From Candidatus Poribacteria bacterium (GTDB taxonomy: Bacteria > Poribacteria > WGA-4E > WGA-3G): DNA of 64,000 bases. The position numbers and the translations under genes were made by a program. The stretch's first letter is position 1, and the number at the start of each line of letters is the position of its first letter. Shown piece by piece: positions 1 through 7,960 of this stretch. The notes below the pieces were generated by a model. The model was given only the letters and a program-made list of their open reading frames with translations, was not told the origin of the DNA and did not search any database. The stretch covers positions 25,347 to 89,346 of the forward strand of contig JAPPDN010001023.1 in assembly GCA_028824575.1 (NCBI GenBank), written 5' to 3'.

Positions 1-569
1 AAGTAGGAGTAGATATGTTGTGCCTGTGTCCAGAGCATCAACTCGCGCATCTTTGTGTCCATCTCAATCACCATAATTATATGCTATTGAAGTGGTTTGT
101 GGACATCTATGCTCTTCTTCATAGATATAAGGAAGATTTGGATTGGCATTATATTATTGAAAAATTTGCAAACACTGGGACCGGGGTTTCTATTTACTAC
201 AGTCTATTACTCACAAGGCGACTTTTGGGAAGTATCATCCCCGACTGGGTTCTAAAGCCTCTCACCCCATCTGTAACCGCGAAGAAGTTATTTGAGGGGA
301 CTTGGGATATAGAAGAGATATCACAGCTCCATAATCCAACAGTAAAGCATCCGGATTTCAGAATGGCTATGATGTTGACCAAGAGGTTCCGAAACAAATA
401 CAAATTTATTCGTAATAATATCTTCCCGCCGCTGCGATGGCTTAGATGCCGATATAACGATTTTCCATCAAAGGATATATGGAGATTGTATTTTCTACAT
501 TATTGGATGATTTTTAACAAAAACAATGCTGAAGTACCAACGGAAAGTTGGACCAAAAAATCCGCATAG
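1..569 (+). CDS. PF14907-like nucleotidyltransferase-family protein, C-terminal part; 5' end outside the window
   Basis: The frame is open back to base 3, so the ATG at 15 is probably internal. CPEHQLAHLCVHLNHHNYMLLKWFVDIYALL...DWHYI aligns by eye with the C-terminal half of the 500-aa ORF at 29523..31025 (LEDCILIICSHISRHGYAKLRDLNDTHVVL...DWDYL). Confidence 0.5.
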   Translation, partial: VGVDMLCLCPEHQLAHLCVHLNHHNYMLLKWFVDIYALLHRYKEDLDWHYIIEKFANTGTGVSIYYSLLLTRRLLGSIIPDWVLKPLTPSVTAKKLFEGTWDIEEISQLHNPTVKHPDFRMAMMLTKRFRNKYKFIRNNIFPPLRWLRCRYNDFPSKDIWRLYFLHYWMIFNKNNAEVPTESWTKKSA

Positions 570-762
570 TTAAGACACAGGCAGCGTGCTCTGAAGTCCC
601 CGAAGGCCACTCAATTGGTGGGTGGAGATATGCCTGCGCGGGGGCGTTGGACGTTTCGGACGCTGGTGGGGTGTGCTTTCCTGGTGGTGTAAATCACCAT
701 CGGCTTCCAAATGCAATCGTGCGTTTAAAACTACAACTGCCCCATTCAAAGGAGAAATCAAA

Positions 763-1875
763 ATGAGAATTGTCCATTTAATTTATGATGATCTGGAAAA
801 CCCGTGGTTAGGGGGCGGAGGAGCGAAAAGAACCCACGAGATTTATAAAAGGTTAGCGAAAGAACATGATATCCTTGTTTTAACCGGAGGCTTTCCAGGT
901 GCATTACCAGAAATTGAGCGAGATCAAGTAACTTACAGAAGGATTGGACGTGGAAAAACTTACCTTCTCTCTGTGATTGATTATGTCCTTGGTGTCATCA
1001 AAGAAATCAGGAGTCTACCGTTTGATCTCCTCGTTGAAGATTTTTGTGCGTTTTTCCCGGTTTTCTCTCCACTTTGGGTGAACGCTCCAGTTATAGCCTC
1101 TATTCAGGCAATTTTTGGGATAGAAACCATCAAGAAACGGAAAGTCTTGGGACTCCCTGCCTTTGCGGCGGAAAAAGTTGGGCTACACTTTTATCGCAAT
1201 TTTATTGCTGTTTCACCTGCTCAGTGTCAATTTATAAAACAGAAAATTGGTCAAGCAACTAACATTGAATGGATTCCAAATGCCCCGGAAGAAACGCTCT
1301 TCCTTTCAAAATCTCAAGAGGAGAATTTTATACTATACCTAGGGAGGTTGGAAGTATATGGAAAGGGACTTGATACCCTGATAAAAGCATACGCCAAGGT
1401 AGCAGAGACAAAAACGCAGATTCACCTTAAGATAGCAGGGGATGGCAAAGATGCGGAAATAAAAAGATTAGAGAATTTAATCCATCGCTCCGGTTTAGTT
1501 GGTAGGGTTGAATTGGTAGGGAAAATTAAGGGTGAAAAGAAGGTTGAAATGCTATCCCGTTGTCTTTTTGTATGTATCCCTTCGCGATTTGAGGGCTGGC
1601 CTATAGTTGCTATTGAAGCAGCTGCTTCTCAAAAAGCCATCATTGGAACGAATATTCCTGGTTTATCAGATACCGTCCAGAATAGAAAGACGGGTATTCT
1701 TGTCAATCTGGAAGATATTGAAGCGTTATCAGGAGCAATGAACGATCTGATTGAAAATAAGGCGTTAAGGGTCTCTTTAGGGCAAAATGCCCGAGTGTGG
1801 GCGAGAAATTTCTCGTGGAATCAGTCAGCGATTCAACAAGAGCAATTTTATCTTCGTGTGGTTCGGCAAAGATAG
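763..1875 (+). CDS. Glycosyltransferase family 4 (GT-B, retaining type)
   Basis: The ATG at 763 is preceded by AAGGAG (749-754); the ORF-track start at 622 has no RBS. N-terminus is MRIVHLIYDDLENPWLGGGGAKR. E-x7-E motif is FEGWPIVAIEAAASQKAIIGTNIPGLSDTV. Confidence 0.85.
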   Translation: MRIVHLIYDDLENPWLGGGGAKRTHEIYKRLAKEHDILVLTGGFPGALPEIERDQVTYRRIGRGKTYLLSVIDYVLGVIKEIRSLPFDLLVEDFCAFFPVFSPLWVNAPVIASIQAIFGIETIKKRKVLGLPAFAAEKVGLHFYRNFIAVSPAQCQFIKQKIGQATNIEWIPNAPEETLFLSKSQEENFILYLGRLEVYGKGLDTLIKAYAKVAETKTQIHLKIAGDGKDAEIKRLENLIHRSGLVGRVELVGKIKGEKKVEMLSRCLFVCIPSRFEGWPIVAIEAAASQKAIIGTNIPGLSDTVQNRKTGILVNLEDIEALSGAMNDLIENKALRVSLGQNARVWARNFSWNQSAIQQEQFYLRVVRQR

Positions 1876-2001
1876 AATCAACGGCGGTCAAAATGTGGGT
1901 AAGGTAACTAATCATCCAGTTGGCACACAACTGAATTTCTGAAAAGTTATTTTTTCTTTAAGACGGCTCCTACAACTGTGGAATTTCAGTGTCTTCGCCA
2001 T

Positions 2002-3126
2002 CTACCTGGAGCGAACCACTTTGTCAATGAATCCTTCCATCTCAGAAGATGTCCTTTCCCAGTCAAATTGAGCAGCCCAGTTGAGCGCGTTTTTTTTCAT
2101 CTGGGTTCGCAAGGAATTGTTTCGCAGCAACCAAAGGATTTTTTGCGCCAATTGATTACTATTTTCCCTTTCAAAAAACAGCCCGGTGACCTGATCGATT
2201 ACCGAATCGCGTAACCCCGGTGCGTTGCTAGCTATAACAGGAGTCCCACACGCATTGGCTTCTAGGTTAGTTAGTCCCCACCCCTCAATGAGCGATGGAT
2301 TCACACAAATCCACGCTTGCTGATAATACTTCACTTTTTCCTCTGTCGATACATATCCTTTAAATTCAACCGTTCGCCAGAGTTCCAATCTCGAAGCGAT
2401 CTGCCGAAGCCGAGGCTCATCATCCCCTGTCCCTACAATGAACAGTTTGACCTGAGGAATTTGTTGAGCGACCCTTTTGATGGCAAAAAGTAGGGTTTCA
2501 ACGTTTTTATATCTTTTGAGCCTGCCGACATAAACGATAAGTGGGAAAGAAACTCTAGAAGTTGGTTTGAAAGTGTAAATGTGTGAATCAATTCCGTTAT
2601 AAATTACCTGAATTCGATTTGAATCGATCCCGTACTTCACCAATGCATCGCGGGTGCTTGGGGAAACGGCAGCAAAACGACAACGCGAATAAACCTGTGG
2701 AATAGCACGCTCTAAGAAATAAACGTAAGCAGCAAGGGGCCAGGCTGTCTGTCGAAAGATGGATCGCCCGAAAAGATGATGGGTTATCACAAGGACACGA
2801 CTTTGAGCGTATACTGGAGAAAAAAAGGGGAGCCGGTTCATATCTTCGATTAGCAAGTCAAACTTTTGCTTTCGGCAAATTTGTCGATAAAGGCGAGGAA
2901 CAAGAAAGTTAAAAATGGGACGGCTGCCGTGACGATAAATTTGAATTCCATCGATAACCTCTTTTGACGCGCCCCCCGGATACCGGCAACAGAGTAACGT
3001 TACTGAATGCCCCCGCAAGACAAGTCGCTTAAAGATTTCGTGAAAATGGACCTCGGCCCCCCCGGATCTCGGATCGGTGAAGTCATGCCAATTGATGACA
3101 AGTAGTCTTCGTTTATCAACTTGCAT
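2002..3126 (-). CDS. Glycosyltransferase family 4
   Basis: RSGGAEVHFHEIFKRL N-terminal motif and C-terminal IEGWGLTNLEANACGTPVIASNAPGLRDSV. A GGAAGGA RBS lies upstream of the ATG at 3126. Confidence 0.85.
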   Translation of the reverse strand: MQVDKRRLLVINWHDFTDPRSGGAEVHFHEIFKRLVLRGHSVTLLCCRYPGGASKEVIDGIQIYRHGSRPIFNFLVPRLYRQICRKQKFDLLIEDMNRLPFFSPVYAQSRVLVITHHLFGRSIFRQTAWPLAAYVYFLERAIPQVYSRCRFAAVSPSTRDALVKYGIDSNRIQVIYNGIDSHIYTFKPTSRVSFPLIVYVGRLKRYKNVETLLFAIKRVAQQIPQVKLFIVGTGDDEPRLRQIASRLELWRTVEFKGYVSTEEKVKYYQQAWICVNPSLIEGWGLTNLEANACGTPVIASNAPGLRDSVIDQVTGLFFERENSNQLAQKILWLLRNNSLRTQMKKNALNWAAQFDWERTSSEMEGFIDKVVRSR

Positions 3127-3503
3127 GTTTGTTTATCCTTCCGCGAATATTCAGCAATTGGCTTTACAGAGTAAGAAGTGATCACCAAGTTCCGAGGTCC
3201 ATTCGATCCGCTCCTAAAAGTGAAAACAACAACGCTTTATAGAAGAGGATACCTAATGGATATTTTAGCCGTTATCAGCCAAGAAGTCAAAACTATTTTT
3301 TCAGATGTGGTCAGTGATGCCTCGGTGTCAGAGGTTGGGAAACCTTGTCAGATAGTAGTGAAAGGAAGCATGGAAGGATAAAGCGAAAATAAGAGGTTTA
3401 AACCTCTGGTGAGAACGCAGTCGCTACGAAACCGAGGTCTCCCACGCCTTTAGGCGTTGGGGGCTATCACCGTTTGGCTACAAAAACGTCCAAGGAATGT
3501 GGG

Positions 3504-3887
3504 TCAAGGACTGACAATCCGCTGTTGCTTGATCGTTTCGATTTCCTGTGTAAGGGTTTCAATCTGTTTTTCGAGAGTGCGGTCTTTTCTGCTACGCCAC
3601 GCGATGATAACCTGTGGAAGTCCGACGGCTACCACAATGAGTGCCATAAGCCAATTGATGTGTTTGTCGAGACTGTCAAGTTTCCCGCGCGTCCATGCAA
3701 CGTCTGTCTCTACAGTTCGAAGCCGTGTGTCTAACCCATCAATTTTCGCGTTGGTTATCGTACTTTCTTTCTTGACTTCCTCGTTGACAATCAAACGGAT
3801 CTTATCCAGATCGGCATCGGTGAGTTCGCCAATTGCCGGCATCGCGATGGCACACAACAGTATTGAGAAAAGCAAAATCGGTTTCAT
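3504..3887 (-). CDS. Hypothetical secreted or membrane coiled-coil protein
   Basis: Signal-like N-terminus MKPILLFSILLCAIAMPAIG, heptad-like charged middle, hydrophobic helix WLMALIVVAVGLPQVIIAW and a charged tail. The overlapping plus-strand ORFs look low-complexity. Confidence 0.5.
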   Translation of the reverse strand: MKPILLFSILLCAIAMPAIGELTDADLDKIRLIVNEEVKKESTITNAKIDGLDTRLRTVETDVAWTRGKLDSLDKHINWLMALIVVAVGLPQVIIAWRSRKDRTLEKQIETLTQEIETIKQQRIVSP

Positions 3888-5182
3888 GGGTGTTCCAGTT
3901 CCAGTGCTTTATCCCCCTGCTACGGTGGGAGGGTGGCAGAACGGTTTGCACCGATCGTAGCAGTGCCACCCACAACTGGTTTTAAGAGTATATCAGAAAG
4001 GCGAACATTAAGCAAGTTACTTTTCGACGCGATGGATCCCCTGATCGTCGCGCGATGAAGTCCACAGATACTCGAAAACTAACTTGAACTCTTGTGCCGC
4101 CACTTACCCGATTTTGAGAATCTCTGCGGTTGTATCCTCGTGATTGCAAAGTTTTGAGAGAAGGATTCTGAGGGCAAGCGGAAGATTCAAGACGGTCCTA
4201 TCGGATTGACAAAGTCCGCCACGTGACGACTTGAGAAACTCAACGCGTGGGCGAAAGAGGTTGATGGACCTGCTGTCTTTATCTCCTATAAAGAATTTGT
4301 CAAGAGTGAGGCGTTCGCTGAAAAGGTAAGTGATTTTGAGGTCGTTACGCATTTTGATAAGATGATATCTTTATTTTTTCCTTACGTTTTGCTTGTGTTT
4401 TACCTTGTTTTTCGCTATATTCGGTGAGATACTCATTCATTGTCTGTGCCATGGCACCGCCATGTCAGAGCAGGGATCGATCCTGTCCATGATGAATGCT
4501 TCGAGTCGAAATATATCATTTTCAATGTCATTGGTTTCAAAACGACTAATAACCACGGAGGCGTTTGAAGTGGCATCAAATCGTTCGAGTCGTAAAATTG
4601 TCATCTTCGGGTCCTCAGATGCCTACCCTCGGATATCTCTACGAAATTTTTTCCGATGTGAGCGTTGATATTTCGCGAAAACGCTACCCAACCCAAAGTT
4701 CCCGTCGGACGCGATTCGCTTTCTGATGATTCCAAACGCACTGAAAAATCGTGCGATTTCTCTTGAGAACGATAAAAATCGTGATACCCCCTGGAATATG
4801 CTCACATTTTCTCAGGTATTATCGCACGTTTTTGATAAAAATCAACTGTCTTTTCACCCACAATCTAAACGGGGTGGTATCGCCGAAAATATCTGCCTCG
4901 GTGACTTTCGCAGACAGAAACACCGAGACACCCAAACGCTACATCTCATTGACGAAAACCCCATCACTCTCACCGACACCTGTCCGAGTCGCGACATCAT
5001 CCGTCAAGGACTTCGTTTTCAGGAGACTTAAACGCCTGTGGAGTCCGTGTAAGCCCTCATTTGAGAGGCAGTGGACGTCGAAGCAGGAAGTATGGCAACA
5101 GTCAAGCAAATACGTTAAATTTGTATAGATTTGAATAGATTTTAACATATTTGTGAGATTTGTATAGGTCCTACACAACGGT

Positions 5183-5923
5183 TTATCCAATCTTAACGAT
5201 TTCACCAGTTGTCAGTTTTTCTTGCTGCTCCTCGAGGTTATATCGGCGTTTTCTGAGTTCTGCTTGGAGTGTTTCTGAAGGGATGTCTTCCAGCGAGTTA
5301 TACATTTTGCCACTTCTGTAAGACTCAGAATCCAAACTGATTGCCTCTACCGCCTCGCGGGCATCAGCGTAGTTGACTCCCAAATACTGCTGTGTCGTCG
5401 AGACGTTCCGGTGTCCTAACAACTCTTTGACGAGATAGATGTCTCCGCTCTGCTCGTAAACCCGCTGGGCAAATGACTTACGGAGACTGTGCGTCGCGAT
5501 CTTGCCGTTCAAGCCTGCCGCGATAAACGCTTTTTTCAACATCTGGTGTGCGGTTTGCCGGTGCATCGGGACTGTTCCCGATTTGTGGCGCGACGGAAAC
5601 AACGGACGATCGGGTTTGGTGTTCTGGTACCGGTCCCTATGCCATTGAATCAGGCTGTCAATCGCGCCTCTGCCATCTCGGTTAACAGGGACGGCACGGC
5701 TGATCTCGCCGCCTTTTACGATGGATTTGTCAAAGAGCAGATCGGTGACGGCGGTGCGGTTCTGGTAGACATCTCCGATCGTTAGGCTGAGGAGTTCGGA
5801 GATGCGTCCGCCAGTCGAAACGCCGAGCATGAAGAGCCCGTGGTTGCGGGTCTTAAAGGTCCCGTCAAAACAGTCGGCGACTTTTCGGATTTCGTGAGTG
5901 TCAAGCGGGCGTGTGCCTTTCAT
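5183..5923 (-). CDS. Tyrosine recombinase / phage-integrase-family protein (small, Xer-like)
   Basis: C-terminal catalytic motifs ATHSLRKSFAQRVYE and LLGHRNVSTTQQYLG (H-x-x-R ... H ... Y). An AAAGGAAAAG RBS precedes the start. Confidence 0.9.
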   Translation of the reverse strand: MKGTRPLDTHEIRKVADCFDGTFKTRNHGLFMLGVSTGGRISELLSLTIGDVYQNRTAVTDLLFDKSIVKGGEISRAVPVNRDGRGAIDSLIQWHRDRYQNTKPDRPLFPSRHKSGTVPMHRQTAHQMLKKAFIAAGLNGKIATHSLRKSFAQRVYEQSGDIYLVKELLGHRNVSTTQQYLGVNYADAREAVEAISLDSESYRSGKMYNSLEDIPSETLQAELRKRRYNLEEQQEKLTTGEIVKIG

Positions 5924-5994
5924 GGTTTCTTTTCCTTTTTCGCGAAACTTACGAGAATGCCCCTTAAACGCCTTTTTAGAACATCCTCTGTGGT

Positions 5995-6273
5995 CTACGC
6001 TATCGGTGGTTTACCGTGCTTGACAAATAAGGCATTTAGCGCGTCTTTGTGTAGTTCCTGGATCGTTGTGTCCTGCTCCGCCGCCAAAATTTTCAATTGC
6101 AGATGTGCTTCCTTGCCGTAATACACCGTCACAGGTTTTTTTCCGACACGTGAAAGGCTTTGTTGACGACCCACAGGTGGTGGTGCTTTTTCCTTAGCTT
6201 CGGGTTCTGTGGGTGACAACTTCCCGCCGCTCTGCTGTAAAGCGTCTTTGAGATCTGTTTTGGGTCCTGCCAT
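5995..6273 (-). CDS. ParG-like ribbon-helix-helix partition/centromere-binding protein
   Basis: 92-aa protein starting 2 nt after the parA stop. It has a disordered basic N-terminus and an RHH-like C-terminus KPVTVYYGKEAHLQLKILAAEQDTTIQELHKDALNALF. The position is typical of type Ib par loci. Confidence 0.55.
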   Translation of the reverse strand: MAGPKTDLKDALQQSGGKLSPTEPEAKEKAPPPVGRQQSLSRVGKKPVTVYYGKEAHLQLKILAAEQDTTIQELHKDALNALFVKHGKPPIA

Positions 6274-6274
6274 A

Positions 6275-6898
6275 CTACACTCCCTTCAATTCTCTGGATA
6301 AATACGCGTACAAAATCCCGACCTCTCGGCTCGCCTTCCCCGTGGGTTCGTATTCTTGAGCGGTTATACCATCGACAACAGAATGCGAGAAAGCGACACG
6401 ATCCCCAAGGGTGCAGGGCGCGCACGGAACATCATAAATTTCCAGTGCCTTTTTCGCCTTGATAACAACGCTCCCTGACGGCTTGACGCCGTTCAAGACG
6501 ACCCGGATCGGTACCTTCGCCATATTCGCGATCTGGATGGTATCACCGACAGCCTCTAAATCAAAAATTGACGGACGCGAGGGGATCACCGCCAAGTCAG
6601 AGACTTTTGCGGCATCAAGAGCGGCTGACTCCGAATGCGGGGACGTATCTAAAATACACAAAGACACGCCTCTTTCTTCGGCAGTCTCCAAGACCTGGTT
6701 GAGTAACGTCGAATGCGCTGAGATAACCACAGGTGAATCCCCTTCGCGCCGGTGACTCCACTTCACCGCGGAAGCCTGTGGATCTAAATCTATCAGGGCA
6801 GTCGTGTGTCCAGCCTTTTCCGCAGCGACGGCGAGATGCACCGCAAAAGTGCTTTTCCCGCTTCCGCCTTTCCGGGAGAGAATCGCTAACGTCTTCAT
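6275..6898 (-). CDS. parA: ParA-family partition ATPase (deviant Walker A)
   Basis: MKTLAILSRKGGSGKSTFAVHLA (KGGxGKS/T), LIDLDPQ and ILDTSP motifs. I chose the start at MKTLAIL (6898) over the ORF-track start at 6928. Confidence 0.9.
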   Translation of the reverse strand: MKTLAILSRKGGSGKSTFAVHLAVAAEKAGHTTALIDLDPQASAVKWSHRREGDSPVVISAHSTLLNQVLETAEERGVSLCILDTSPHSESAALDAAKVSDLAVIPSRPSIFDLEAVGDTIQIANMAKVPIRVVLNGVKPSGSVVIKAKKALEIYDVPCAPCTLGDRVAFSHSVVDGITAQEYEPTGKASREVGILYAYLSRELKGV

Positions 6899-6917
6899 CA
6901 AAATACCTCTATGTATA

Positions 6918-6997
6918 CATGCCAGCATGCCAGCATGCCAGCAAACAAGTGTGACATGATGACATCATACCAGCGTGCCAGTATGACATCATGCCAG
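6918..6997. repeat. Centromere/operator-like cluster of short direct repeats upstream of parA
   Basis: CATGCCAG occurs three times in tandem (6918-6941), followed by CATACCAG, CGTGCCAG and CATGCCAG. Two ATGACATCAT copies are interleaved. The cluster begins 20 bp upstream of the parA start. Confidence 0.5.
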
Positions 6998-7020
6998 TAA
7001 TCCATCACAGAGATAAAACG

Positions 7021-7318
7021 TTAGATTCGCATCAGAGTTTCATAGGGTGGCAGAAAACTCCTGATCGGGTAATTGTCGGTGTAAGGAGCGTTGAAAACGA
7101 TATGGGTCTTGACCTGTGCCATATCCGCTATTTGGACAGTCAACTCGACAGCTTGTAAGTCAAAAATAGAAGGACGGCACGGGACGAGCGCGAAATGAGT
7201 GGCCTTTGCCGCATCCAGAGCTGCTGGTTCCGCGTGGGGTGATGTATCAATAATCGCAAGCGTGGCACCGTTGTGTTGCGCAGTATGCAAGATATGCCGT
7301 AGATTCTGAAAATCGTTT
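7021..7318 (-). pseudogene. parA fragment (internal portion only; no Walker A, C-terminus diverged)
   Basis: NDFQNLRHILHTAQHNGATLAIIDTSPHAEPAALDAAKATHFALVPCRPSIFDLQAVELTVQIADMAQV aligns with residues about 80-150 of the intact ParA (VSLCILDTSPHSESAALDAAKVSDLAVIPSRPSIFDLEAVGDTIQIANMAKV). It is bounded upstream by a stop and has no N-terminal ATP-binding region. Confidence 0.7.
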
Positions 7319-7384
7319 CAAGGCGCTCCGAGGACATCTAAGGCGAATCTGTTATTGAAGAGTAGTGTTGGTCATTGAAGAATA

Positions 7385-7813
7385 TTATGTTATGTCGTAT
7401 AACTGTAGTGCCGCTTGTAGTACCAAAGGGAGAGGTGCCGCAACCATTTGCCCACGATCGCGTCGCATGTAGGCCACTTGCTGCTCCCCTCGGGCGACAA
7501 GTTCCTCGCTTTCGCCGGTACGCCTGAAATACTCGAAAACCAATGTCACTCGGTTCTGCATACGGGTAGAAAGACGCATCCGGATCATCACTTCATCAAA
7601 CGCTTTTAGTTCCTCAAAATACTCACACGAACAACGGATCGTGGCAAGGGCAATGTCTCCAGCTTCAAGTTCCATAAGGACTTCGGGCGCATGGTCCCGA
7701 AGGAACATTTCTCGGCAGCGGCCCTGCCAACGAAGATGGTTCACATAGTACACGTTACCGACGAGGTTTGTTTCTTCAAACCCCACAATGTGTCTTAACT
7801 CATAGGTAGGCAT
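7385..7813 (-). CDS. Hotdog-fold (4HBT/YbgC-type) thioesterase; position matches the enediyne PKS partner thioesterase (SgcE10/CalE7/TEBC-like)
   Basis: MPTYELRHIVGFEETNLVGNVYYVNHLRWQGRCREMFL is a typical 4HBT N-terminus. About 142 aa, directly downstream of the PKS on the same strand. The start at 7813 has a GAGGAAG RBS. Confidence 0.75.
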   Translation of the reverse strand: MPTYELRHIVGFEETNLVGNVYYVNHLRWQGRCREMFLRDHAPEVLMELEAGDIALATIRCSCEYFEELKAFDEVMIRMRLSTRMQNRVTLVFEYFRRTGESEELVARGEQQVAYMRRDRGQMVAAPLPLVLQAALQLYDIT

Positions 7814-7960
7814 TGTCTTCCTCATGAAAACGTGACCGAGAAAGTTTAGCATTCATGCGCGCTACGGAATTAGTACAGGTATTGGTTGAATTGTAATTGT
7901 ATCCATCTTTGAGAGGAATCATTCGGCCAGTTTGCCTCTCTGAGTAGAATTTCTTATTGT

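Noticed and set aside
622-762. N-terminal 47-codon extension of the first GT4 gene given by the ORF track
   Set aside because: The extension is Trp/Gly/Arg-rich and unlike GT4 N-termini. The ATG at 763 has an AAGGAG RBS and begins with the canonical MRIVHL... beta-strand.
3380-3470. tRNA gene or att site expected near the integrase module
   Set aside because: Only short hairpins are present (AGGTTTAAACCT; CCCACGCC-TTTA-GGCGTTGGG). No cloverleaf or T-loop (GTTCGAATC-like) sequence could be found by eye here or elsewhere in 3.3-7.4 kb.
3457-3960. 167-aa and 86-aa plus-strand ORFs overlapping the 127-aa minus-strand gene
   Set aside because: The plus-strand products are Ser/Cys/Arg-rich and featureless. 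The minus-strand product has a coherent signal peptide, coiled coil and TM organisation.
4104-4620. Three consecutive overlapping small minus-strand ORFs (55, 35 and 82 aa) that might be a toxin-antitoxin pair or one frameshifted gene
   Set aside because: I recognise no family motif and saw no clear RBSs. The pattern is compatible with a decayed gene, so I left it unannotated rather than guess.
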